From: Octopus vulgaris | Lineage: Eukaryota | DNA length: 64,000 nucleotides | Direction of reading: 5' to 3' | Assembly (NCBI GenBank): GCA_951406725.2 | Contig: OX597825.1 | Location: 13,764,001 to 13,828,000 of the forward strand | Translations under genes and position numbers: made by a program | In this document: positions 53,137 to 64,000 of the stretch, in pieces | Numbering within the stretch: position 1 is the first letter of the stretch | Layout: each line of letters starts with the position of its first letter | The notes under the pieces: model-generated | Told to the model about the DNA's origin: nothing | What the model saw: the letters and a program-made list of their open reading frames with translations, nothing else | The model's database searches: none

Positions 53137-53555
53137 GGTGCAGGAGTGGCTGTGTGGTAAGTAGCTTGTTTACCAACCACATGGTTCCGGGTTCAGTCCC
53201 ACTGTGTGGCATCTTGGGCAAGTGTCTTCTGCTATAGCCCCGGGCCGACCAATGCCTTGTGAGTGGATTTGGTAGACGGAAACTGAAAGAAGCCTGTCGT
53301 ATATATGTATATATATGTATATGTATGTGTGTGTGTGTTTGTGTGTCTGTGATTGTCTCCCTAGCATTGCTTGACAACCGATGCTGGTGTGTCTATGTCC
53401 CTGTCACTTAGCGGTTCGGCAAAAAGAGACCGATAGAATAAGTACTGGGCTTACAAAGAATAAGTCCCGGGGTCGAGTTGCTCGACTAAAGGCGGTGCTC
53501 CAGCATGGCCGCAGTCAAATGACTGAAACAAGTAAAAGAGTAAAGAGTAAAGAGT
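53137..53555 (+). mobile_element. Full-length tRNA-headed CORE-like SINE with an internal (TA/TG)n tract and (GTAAAAGA)n tail
   Basis: A-box gtggctgtgtgg, B-box-like gggttcagtccc, CORE-like cttgggcaagtg. Highly similar copies at about 58451-58872, 61614-61857 plus 61858-62286 (tandem), 63077-63480, 16508-16882 and 18543-18948 (+), and 8760-9203, 11268-11795, 23238-23972, 39352-39722 and 707-1747 (-). Confidence 0.9.
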
Positions 53556-55363
53556 ATATAATTCATGTCTTCTGTAGTTTTTTCATTCTGTTTTGTTTTT
53601 TATTTTTTAAACATCCAACCACTTGCTTTCACATACCATCTCTCTCGCCCTATATATAAATATAAATGTACATAAACATATATATATATATATATATACA
53701 CACACATATATATATACAAATACACACACACGCACACACACAAGCACACACACTCACACACACACTCATAGGTAATCATACAAAAGAAAGTAGCATTTAC
53801 CATATTTAGAAGAAATTGTAAGCATTTAATAATAGAATGACTCAATGCCACATTTAGTTTCGTCGGCAGAATCTATCTATCTGTTCTCCTTAACTCTCTC
53901 TCTCTCTCTTTCTCTCAACACAAACACGCACACACAAACACACATATATATACATTATAATGCATCCACGTGTTTAATTGTTGTATGTATTTGCATTTCA
54001 GACATTTGTAGCTAAGGGAATGAAACAGCTAAAATCTAAAAGGGGAAAAAAGAAAAAAATTATCCGCACACATCTACACACCCATCCAAACACTGATATC
54101 ACATACTTACATACACACGTACATAAATACATACATACATACCACACACACACACACACACAATGTACAAGAAATCCATTTCTTTTGCATTCCAATATAT
54201 TTAGAGATATTATTCCACAGTTTAATTAAAGGAAGCTCAAAAATAAATGGCACAATAGTTATTATCATTCCTTGCATTTCCATGTTCAATATGTTAATAT
54301 TTACTTCTTCGTATTTCTCTTAGAATTTGCCTGAATGTCTTTTCATGACAATATGTTCCATTGATAGCCAACACTCAATACAAATGCCATGGGAATATTA
54401 ACAGTCTGTTAAGGATATTCTTATTTTCACTGGATATAAAGCCAGCATTTGGAATGGGAAATAAAAGCATTCTCTTGATGTATAAATTTGGATGAGAATG
54501 TTCAACCATGAAAAGATTCCTCGGGGATAATCTCTGTGACAAAAACAGACAGACACGAAGTATTACGTTTGCAAACATTTATTTTACTTTGGCATGTAAA
54601 ATAAGAATATTTTGGCAGGATATATGAAGAACGCTACCTTCGTGTATAAAAATGCGGAGGTTGAACATAATGCTAGGTTGCTATATGTGTATTTATTGAG
54701 GCCTATTGTTATATATGGAGGCACATGGCCTAGTGGTCAGAGCAGTGGACTTGCAGTCGAGGGATTGTGGGTTCGAATCTCAGACCAGGCAATGTGTGAG
54801 TTTATGAGCGAAACACCTAAGCTCCATGCAGCTCCAGCAGAAGATAATGGCGAAACTTCTGCTGACTCTTTCGCCACAACTTTTTCTCACTCTTTCCTCC
54901 TGCATCTTGCAGCTCACCTGCGACGGACCGGCGTCCCGTCCAGGTGGGAAACCGGCCCTATGAGCCAGGTGGTTCTCAAGAAGGAACAATCATTGTTATA
55001 CATATACACATATATTGGTTTCGAAATTTGGCCCAAGGCCAGCAATTCTGGTGGAGCAGAGTAAGTGAACTACATGTAAATATATGATGGATTCAAACAA
55101 TAAATCCTAAAAGTCCAATAGATAATATTGCATAAATTATTCCGAGTCTTCCGAAAGTTTCATTTTTAAAAGAATAGCGAAAAACAATATAGGAAATTAT
55201 ACCAAATCCTGGTAAAAATTACGAGAAACAAAGTGTTTTGCTTAAGAGCAGATTGCATCGCCCAGTCTAGGAATTGAAACCAGAATCTTATGATTATGAG
55301 TCTCACACTCTAACCACTAGGTCATGTGCCTTTACTGTTTTAATTAATAACGAACTATTGACG

Positions 55364-55417
55364 TATTGATATATATCTAATTAGCTAACATATTAACTAA
55401 TTAGATATATATCAATA
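55364..55417. repeat. AT-rich near-perfect palindrome, 25-bp arms, 4-nt loop
   Basis: tattgatatatatctaattagctaa cata ttaactaattagatatatatcaata, one mismatch. Confidence 0.9.
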
Positions 55418-56099
55418 TTCTATTCAGACTGATGACTCAGGAAAACTTCATTGTATTTGTGTTATGAATCCTTTCCAACTTTTATTCGTTGTTTTACCTG
55501 TTAAACACTATCAACCTGTGTTCCATTTTTGCTTTATGAAGCAATTAATTCAAATGCGATAGTTTGTTACTCACTTTTTTTTATGTACAGAGAATCAAAG
55601 AACACTATATTCAGTGTAGTCTTTATATTTTTACGACAGATCGAAGGCGATTTGGCTGCTATTTCTTGCAAACTGAATAGCCACATGCAGGCTACTTTTT
55701 GCTGAAAAATAATACATTCGTTTACCTAGTTCCCATCTTTTCTATTACTTAGTAGTTCATTATTTACATTATTTACAATTGATGGATACTGTACTCTAGT
55801 TATTTTTTGTATTTTTGTTTTCAGTCCTGTGGTTTTGTTTCTAAAACTCAGCTTCTGTTTCTATAACACTTTCACTCTATCATTTTACTCCTTTTTACTT
55901 TGGAGCAATAGAAAAGCTGAGAACTAAAGAAAATAATGTATTATTTTTCAGTAAAACATGGTCTGCATGTGGTTGTTAATTTTACAAGAAATAAAGGCCA
56001 AATTTCCTGTTGCTGCCACTCAGTACTACTCCCACATCACTTGAGGGGGCCTTGCCTTATAAATTACGTGGTAACCTCACTGCTGCTGTTGTTGTTGTT

Positions 56100-56295
56100 G
56101 TCAAGCCACAAGATGGGTAAGGGTGGTTAAGTGATGGTCTAGGGCTTAAGGGCAGGAGACCCCAGACCTTGGAAAAAAAACTTTGGTCGTCTTGTTGTAG
56201 TCGAGGGCTCTTCGTTGACGCCTGACACCACTGGGAGGTGGCCCTCAAAGTCGCTGGAAATGAAGATCTCTAGGTCTAAATTCTTGGACAGCTGC
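56100..56295 (-). repeat. About 200-bp GC-rich structured dispersed repeat, copy 2
   Basis: Collinear with 2991-3190, including the gagggccacctcccagtggtgtc..gagccctcga core and the central poly-T. Confidence 0.85.
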
Positions 56296-56978
56296 TGCTG
56301 CTGCTGGGGCCAGGTAAAAAGCACCCAGTACACTCTGTAAAGTAGCTGGCATTAGAAAGAGCATTCAGCTCTGGAAACCATGCCAAAGCAGAGACAGCTA
56401 AACAGCAGGGCTTAGTGCAGTATTTCTGACTTAGCAATTCCTGTCGAGCCATCAAAACCATGCCAGCATTGACAACAGACATTAAACAAGGATCACAACG
56501 ACGATGACGATGAAGTTTTTTAGAACTTTTAGATTTGAAAAAAATCGTTTGTATGTATGTGTGTGCATGTGAGATAAATTGTAACTTACTCTTCTTAAAC
56601 TTAAGGATTACCAATCCTATTTTTTTCAATCATCGTCTTAGAACTTTTTCTGGTTATTGATTTTCAATACGAGGACTATACTTAAAAATAAAATATCACT
56701 TTCTGCAGTATCTTACTTTCAAATTACTTTTGGTGTTTAATCCAATTTATTGAATCACTGAATATATTGACACAATTTGATTTTAGTTTACTTCCTTCGT
56801 ATCTTTTATCTTTTATCTTTTATTTGTGTCAGTCATTAGACTGGGGCCAGGCTGGAGCTTTGCCTTCAAGAATTTTAGTTGAACAGATCGATCCCCCCAG
56901 TTATTTTATTTTTAAAACTAGGGCTTCCTCTATTGGACTCTTGTCAAGCAGAGATGAAGGAGACAAACAGACATGCAG

Positions 56979-56979
<1 letters not shown>

Positions 56980-57023
<44 letters not shown>

Positions 57024-57094
57024 TGAACACATGCACACACACTCATGAACACACACACACACACACTCATGAACACATGCACAAACACTCATGA

Positions 57095-57127
<33 letters not shown>

Positions 57128-57170
57128 CAAACACACACTCATGAACACATGCACAAACACTCATGAACAC

Positions 57171-57241
<71 letters not shown>

Positions 57242-57360
57242 CAAACACACACTCATGAACACATGCACAAACACTCATGAACACACACACACACAAACAC
57301 ACACACACATACACACACTCATGAACACATGCACATACACACACACACACACACTTACAC
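56980..57360. repeat. (CA)n-based minisatellite with ctcatgaacacatgcacaaaca units
   Basis: Direct inspection. Confidence 0.95.
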
Positions 57361-57405
57361 AACTTGTGAGTGGATTTGGTTGACAGAAACTGAAAGAAGC
57401 CTGTC

Positions 57406-57437
<32 letters not shown>

Positions 57438-57972
57438 TGTGTGTATGTGTGCCTTTGTGTTTGTGTTTGTCCCCACCCCCACCCCGCCGCTTGACAACCA
57501 TTGTTGGTGTGTTTACATACCCGTAACTTACCAGTTTGACAGAAGAGGCCGATAAAATAAGTGCTAGGCTTTCAAAGAAATAAGTCCTGGGGTTGGTTTG
57601 TTCAAACTAAAACCCTTCAAGGTGGTACCTCAGTATGGCCACAGTCAAATAACTGAAACAACTAAATGATATATACACAATGGGCTTCTTTCAGTTTCCA
57701 CCTACGAAATCTATTAACAAGGTTTTTGATCAGCCCAAATCTATAGTAAAAAACACTCGCCCAAGGTGCCATGCAGTGGGACTGAACCCGGAACCACGTA
57801 GTTGAGAAGCAGTCTGCTTACCACACAGCCACTCCAGCACCTGTGGAATGTAATACAGCAATGTATACATTACATTGGTTCTTTCTTCCCTTCTTATTAT
57901 CTTATATCCTGTTATTACAGATGTAAACTTGACTTAAGTTATTAAAGATTTTAGTTCAAAAAAGAAGAGATC

Positions 57973-58391
57973 TGTAGTGATGCTACTGTGTAGGGTTCAG
58001 CACGCATGCGCAGAATGGGAGTACTTCCGGGTGGCCACCGGAAGTCTTCCCCATGCGCATGTGCGGGAAAACGTTCCCTTAGGCCCGCTAAACTCAAATT
58101 CTCTCTCTCTCTGGCAAGTCAGCCAACGCGATCGGACGTACATTTCGCAGGCTCTGATAATCTCACCGACTTAGCCACCAACGACCATCGAACCTCTTCA
58201 GCAAAACGAACAAGAAGCTGTACACCAGAGGCTGTCCTTTTCCCATCAGACACACGTACGCCATCGCAATAAATAAACGAACTGCTGTCTTTCACCTACA
58301 ACCTGACTTCGTCTGTATTGTCTTACAAAAATTGTATGTGACTGGATCGGATCGACACCCTTTCAGTGAATCGACAATCCATCCTGTTACA
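57973..58391 (+). mobile_element. Solo LTR, 419 bp, probably Ty3/Gypsy-type
   Basis: Starts TGTAG and ends TTACA. Flanked by a perfect 4-bp TSD GATC (57969-57972 and 58392-58395). AATAAA at 58268; CpG-rich relative to its flanks. Confidence 0.85.
58000..58064. promoter_or_regulatory. Palindromic NRF1-like plus ETS-like motif cassette in the LTR
   Basis: gcacgcatgcgca ... ACTTCCGG gtggcca CCGGAAGT ... tgcgcatgtgc: two inverted CCGGAAGT sites nested inside two GCATGCGC/TGCGCATG sites. Confidence 0.5.
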
Positions 58392-58450
58392 GATCTTTAA
58401 AATTTTTGCTTCAGCTCATTTTTGTTTTTAATGCTAAAAATAAACACATA

Positions 58451-58872
58451 TGCAGGAGTGGCTGTGTGGTAAGTAGCTTGCTAACCAGCCACATGGTTCC
58501 GGGTTCAGTCCCACTGCGTGGCATCTTGGGCAAGTGTCTTCTGCTATAGCCCCGGGCCGACCAATGCCTTGTGAGTGGATTTGGTAGACGGAAACTGAAA
58601 GAAGCCTGTCGTATATATGTATATATATATATATAAGTGTGTGTGTGTATGTGTTTGTGTGACTGTGTTTGTCCCCCCTAGCCTTGCTTGACAACCGATG
58701 CTGGTGTGTGTTTACGTCCCCGTCACCTAGCGGTTCGGCAAAAGAGACCGATAGAATAAGTACTGGGCTTAGAAAAAGAATAAGTCCCGGGGTCGATTTG
58801 CTCGACTAAAGGCGGTGCTCCAGCATGGCCACAGTCAAATGACTGAAACAAGTAAAAGAGAGTAAAAGAGAG
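58451..58872 (+). mobile_element. CORE-like SINE copy
   Basis: Near-identical to 53137-53555. Confidence 0.9.
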
Positions 58873-59028
58873 AATATGCTGGGATTCTTAAATTATTGTT
58901 GACATCCAGATATGTTTAAAGCAGTTTAAAACAGTTTAAATCAGTCGCAAGGCCGGGAGTGATTCACTCTTGTTAAATATCTAAAATTAATCGGCAAATC
59001 CCATAACATTTGAATGTTAGAGAAATGT

Positions 59029-59195
59029 GGAGGCGCAATGGCCCAGTGGTTAGGGCAGCAGACTTGCGGTCGGAGGATCGCGGTTTTGATTCCCAGACCG
59101 GGCGTTGTGTGTGTTTATTGAGCGAAAACACCTAAAAGCTCCACGAGGCTCCGGCAGGGGATGGTGGTGTTCCCTGCTGTACTCTTTCACCACTC
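59029..59195 (+). mobile_element. tRNA-headed SINE, fourth family
   Basis: ggaggcgcaatggcccagtggttagggcagc..ggttttgattccc. Copies at about 54717-54985 (+), and 14480-14660, 51745-52058 and 37500-37697 (-). Confidence 0.8.
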
Positions 59196-59814
59196 TAAAG
59201 GCGGTGCTCCAGCATGGCCGCATTCAAATGACTTAAACAAGTACAAAAAAAAAAAAAAAAAAAAAAAAAAAAACGTTTAATTATTATACGAAGCAAGTTA
59301 TAGACTTGCAGGCAATTGTATTCCATAGTCAGCTCAGCAGAGATTTTCTAATGATATAAATTAGTTAAATTATCAATGAACGAATATATCAATCAATACT
59401 TGTGATTATGTCTCTTGGTAGAAATGATATCAAGAAATAAACACTGGTGGGATTCTTGTTAAAATGCTTTAACCATTCAAACTGTCGTTGTATAGATGTG
59501 GTTGTTGAGTATATGAATGTATGCGGTGGTTTGTGAAGTTGGCATCTCTTTTCTGCAGAATTTATAACGGATGGAATTCCTCTGAGTTATAAAACTTTTG
59601 GCAAACAGTTGAGACAATGAGGAAAAACAAACTATGTAAAAAACAAAAAAAAGGAAAAGTGAAAAATAAAAAAGGAAAAGTAAAAAGGACTGGAAGAGCT
59701 TTCCGGTATTTTAGTTACAGCCGTTGGGTTGTGAGTTCAAATGCTGACCAGGGTTTCACTCTGTCTTTCGTTGCTCTAGGCTTTCTTTATAAAATGAATT
59801 ACCTCCTCTTCCTC

Positions 59815-59846
59815 CTCATCATCATCACCTTCACCATCATCATCAC

Positions 59847-59884
<38 letters not shown>

Positions 59885-60084
59885 CCATCATCACCACCAT
59901 CACCATCATCACCATCACCATCACCTTCACCATCATCATCACCATCATCACCATCATCATCATCATCATCACCATCATCACCATCACCATCACCTTCACC
60001 ATCATCATCATCATCATCACCATCATCACCATCATTATTGCCATCACCATCACCATCATCGTCATCATCATTAGCATCATCATC
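59815..60084. repeat. (CAT)n/(CAC)n trinucleotide tract
   Basis: Direct inspection; explains the D/G-rich, M/V-rich and I/T-rich ORFs. Confidence 0.97.
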
Positions 60085-61613
60085 CTTTAACATCCTGCAA
60101 GTTTCATCTGAATCCATCCAACGGTTCTTGCTATATCTTGTCCATGGACAAACGGAAAACAAACAAATGCGATTGAAAACAATGCGTCCACCTTTGTTAA
60201 GGCGGAAGTAATATAAGAATGGAGTATTGATGAGGAATGGGGAGGTGGCTTTGTGCCAGATGCTGGGAGTTTAAAGGATGAAAGGGTAAGAAATGTAGGT
60301 GATACTAGGCTACCCCAGGTGGGAGGAGCTGGGAAGAAGAGAAGATGGTAGTGATGAGGTGTCAAAGAATAAAGAGGTGAGCATAAAAGATGGTATAGAC
60401 ATTAGATGAGGTGGGGAAACAGGTGGTGGTGGTGTGAAGAGTATAATTATATTAATTATATTAAAGACAAGTTAATTAGTATGTGTGAGTTATTATGTCA
60501 ACTAAATATTGGATAAACCAATCAAGAAGTTTGAAATTTAATTAGCAACTAACAATTAAACAATAAAAGATATTAAGGTGGAAAGCTGGCAGAATCGTTA
60601 GCACACTGGGCAATATGCATGCTGGTGTTTCATCTGTATGTTCTGAGTTCAAATCCTTCAAAGGTCAGCTTTATCTTTTTTTCTTTTGGGGTTGATAAAA
60701 AGACTACCAGTTGAGAACTGGGGACAATGTGATCTGATTATAATCTGAATGCTAAAGGGTTAATGATTTTCAGATAATTCAAGAATATTTGGCTGCTGTT
60801 TCTAGGAGGTTGAGTGATTGCATAGAAGCTCCTGGGTAGATGTAAACATGTAAACACGAGAAGCAGTATTAAATTTATGATAACTTACTAAGTGAGGATA
60901 ATCACTGCAGCAATAGTCTTTCTTCTACAGGCTTAAGGCCTGGAATTCTGGGGTGGGGCAGTCAATTGTCTCAACCTCAGTTCTCAACTGGTTGTTATTT
61001 TATCAACCCCAAAAGAATGAAAGATAACGTTTACTTCAGTAGGATTTGAACTCAGAACATAAAGCTTCACAAAAAAATGTAGCTAAGTATTTTATCTAAT
61101 GTGTAAAGGAGTCTGCCATCTCACTGCCTTCATCACCATGACATGAAGATAAGGTGGCCAGCTAGCAGAAACGTTAGCACTACGTTCTGAGTTCAAATTC
61201 CACCGCGGTCGACTTTGCCTTTCATCCTTTCGGGGTCGATTAAATAAGTACCAGTTACGCACTGGGGTCGATATAATCGACTTAAACCATTTGTTTGTCC
61301 TTGTTTGTCCTCTCTGTGTTTAGCCCCTTGTTGGTAGTAAAGAAATAGGTATTTTATCTGGCATTAGGTTCTGAGTTCAAATTCAACTAAGGTTGACTTA
61401 GCCTTTCATTCTTTCAAGGTCAATAAAATAAGTACCAAATTGAGCAGTGGGGCTGATGTATTTGACTTAGCCCCTCCCTCAAAATTGCCGGCCTTGTACC
61501 AAAATTCAAAACCAATATAACACGAAGCTGATGTTGTTAAAGTATTCCTATGTTGTAATGGTTTTTCAGTGAGAGACTCACAGAAGTCTGAGATTTTCCC
61601 CAGAATTTTCCCC

Positions 61614-62286
61614 AGGCGCAGGAGTGGCTGTGTGGTAAGTAGCTTGCTAACCAGCCACATGGTTCCGGGTTCAGTCCCACTGCATGGCATCTTGGGCAAG
61701 TGTGTTCTGCTATAGCCCCGGGCCGACCAATGCCTTGTGAGTGGATTTGGTAGACGGAAACTGAAAGAAGCCTGTTGTATATATGTATGTATATATATAT
61801 ATATAAGTGTGTGTATATGTGTTTGTGTGTCTGTATTTGTCCCCCCTAGCATTGCTTGTAGGAGTGGCTGTGTGGTAAGTAGCTTGCTTACCAACCACAT
61901 GGTTCCGGGTTCAGTCCCACTGCGTGGCAACATGGGCAAGTGCTTTCTACTATAGCCTCGGGCCGACCAATGCCTTGTGAGTGGATTTGGTAGACAGAAA
62001 CTGAAAGAAGCCTGCCGTATATATGTATGTGTATATATATATATGTATGTGTATATGTTTGTGTGTCTGTGTTTGTCCCCACTAGCATTGCTTGACAACC
62101 GATGCTGGTGTGTTTACGTCCCCGTCACTTAGCGGTTCGGCAAAAAGAGACCGACAGAATAAGTACTGGGCTTACAAAAAAGAATGAGTCCCGGGGTCGA
62201 TTTGCTTGACTGAAAAAGGCGGTGCTCCAGCATGGCCGCAGTCAAATGACTGAAACAAGTAAAAGAGTAAAAGAGTAAAGAGTAAA
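61614..62286 (+). mobile_element. Head-to-tail dimer of the CORE-like SINE (3'-truncated copy plus full copy)
   Basis: The aggagtggctgtgtggtaag head occurs at about 61620 and again at about 61860. Confidence 0.9.
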
Positions 62287-64000
62287 GGGAGAATCATCGG
62301 CTTTTCATGTTATCAAAATGCATTTGTATTTAGTTTATGTAGTTCTATGTTAACAATTCAATAGCGAGATTAGATTGTTAGGATGCTATTTGCACACAGT
62401 ATAATGATCAGCTTTTTATGGTTTCATTCACAGCTGAATACAAATGTAGTTGATATATCTTTAACAAACTGACGTACGGCTGATTAACTTCTTTATAGCC
62501 ATGGGCCATTAGCAATTAACTTGCCGTATCAAAGTAGACAAATAGACGATAATTGGATAATTGTGTGAAATTATCAAAATATAATGTATTGAATGAATAG
62601 CCATGATATTAACGTTAACATATCTATATATGTTTATATTGAATGGTATGAAAAATTAAACCCGGCATACTAGAGAAAGTTATCGGTGTTTAGCTACAAT
62701 TTACGAATGAAATTTTGGTAAAAACCAATAAAACGTATTGTTAGGAAGCGAACATGTTCGTATGGCTACCCATTTAAGATAAATATTTTCCATTTCTTAA
62801 TACTTGCTTAACTATAGACTGGTGAATTTCTATCTTTTACATGTTTCAGTCATTGGACTGAGGCCAAGCTGGAGTACTACTTTGATGGGTTTTGGTTGGA
62901 TAGATTGAGCTTGGTCTAAGGCGGTGAGCTGGCAGAAATGTTAGCAAGCTGGGCGAAATACTTAGCGGTATTTCGTCTGTCTTTACGTTCTGAGTTCAAA
63001 TTCCGCTGAGGTCGACTTTGCCTTTCATCCTTTCGGGATTGATAAATTAAGTACTTGTTGTGTACTGGGTTCGATCAGGAGTGGGTGTGTGGTAAGAAGC
63101 TTGCTTACTAATCACATGGTTCTGGGTTCAGTCCCACTGTGTAGCACCTTTGGCAAGTGTCTTCTACTATAACATCAGGCTGGCCAAAGCTTTGTGAGTG
63201 GATTTGGTAGACAGAAACTGAAAGAAGCCCGTCCTGTATATATATACAGGTGTGTGTGTGTGTATATGTATGTATTTGTGTGTCTGTGTTTGTCTCCACC
63301 ATCGCTAGACAACCGATGTTGGTGTGTTTACGTCTTCGTAACTTAGTAGTTCAGTAAAAGAGACTGATAGGATAAGTACTAGGCTTACAAAGAATATGTC
63401 TTGGTGGGGTCGATTTGTTCAACTAAAGGTGTTGCTCCAGCATCGCCACAGTCAAATGACTGAAACAAGTAAAAGAATAACAAGTAGACACAACCTCCCA
63501 CACACACAGATACACAGACACAGACACTCGTTCACACACACAGACACACACACACACATTTATACACTCAAGAAATGGTCCATATATTTCTATCCTTCTT
63601 CTTTCTTTGTATACCTTTCATTAAATATAATTAAATATCATCAGACTTTTCACACCTATTTCTTTGATGTCGCAAACTTCACACCTACACAGTTTGAACA
63701 ATTTTTCATTATTTTTAACCCCTTCTTCCATGCTTTTTTAAAGTTTTTTAAAAAATTTTTTAATTACTTTTCTTGATGATGCTGCATAGATCTTTAACTT
63801 CTTCACATTTATAGAAAAATAAAATAATAAAAATACTGAAAATAAAATACAAAAAAAAACATAAACACTTCAATAATCAATACAACATTTTGATTTTGTT
63901 GTGAAAACTTTACATTTTTTCCTATTATATTGCAATTTACAATTCTTTAAGTCTTCTACTCTTGTAATAGATTCCTTATAATATAACCAAAAAAATGTTA

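Noticed and set aside
59559-59620. Acceptor cttttctgcag followed by EFITDGIPLSYKTFGKQLRQ* as the next exon
   Set aside because: No Ig or GPI/TM features and an early stop; cannot be supported without RNA data.
61406-62098. 230-aa minus-strand ORF with an internal repeat
   Set aside because: Antisense reading of two tandem SINE copies; the same peptide recurs at every copy.

Overview
AT-rich, repeat-saturated eukaryotic DNA. The repeat families and (TA/TG/ATC/ATT)n microsatellites look like a coleoid cephalopod, most likely octopus; this is pattern recognition, not a search result. Almost all ORFs in the track are microsatellite or repeat artefacts. The only host coding sequence I can support is two + strand exons (40264-40388 and 47571-47781) that splice in frame into one Dpr/ZIG-8-like Ig domain; the rest of that gene was not found. 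The remainder is tRNA-headed SINEs (CORE-like and MetaSINE-like), RTE and Hero-like LINE 3' fragments, Tc1 and pogo/Tigger transposase relics, TTAA-flanked piggyBac-type MITEs (one a 4x tandem array) and a solo LTR with a GATC target-site duplication. The most notable signal is a set of type I hammerhead ribozyme motifs (stem I-CUGANGA-stem II-GAAA-minimal stem III-NUH-stem I') of the Penelope-associated kind, in about seven unrelated sequence contexts. One context is a tRNA-promoter SINE whose tail carries a dimer-type hammerhead (3 copies, two of them head-to-head with complementary defects). Another hammerhead sits next to its own antisense copy. All ribozyme folds were made by eye and are untested. 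Repeat boundaries are approximate unless a TSD or TIR is cited.
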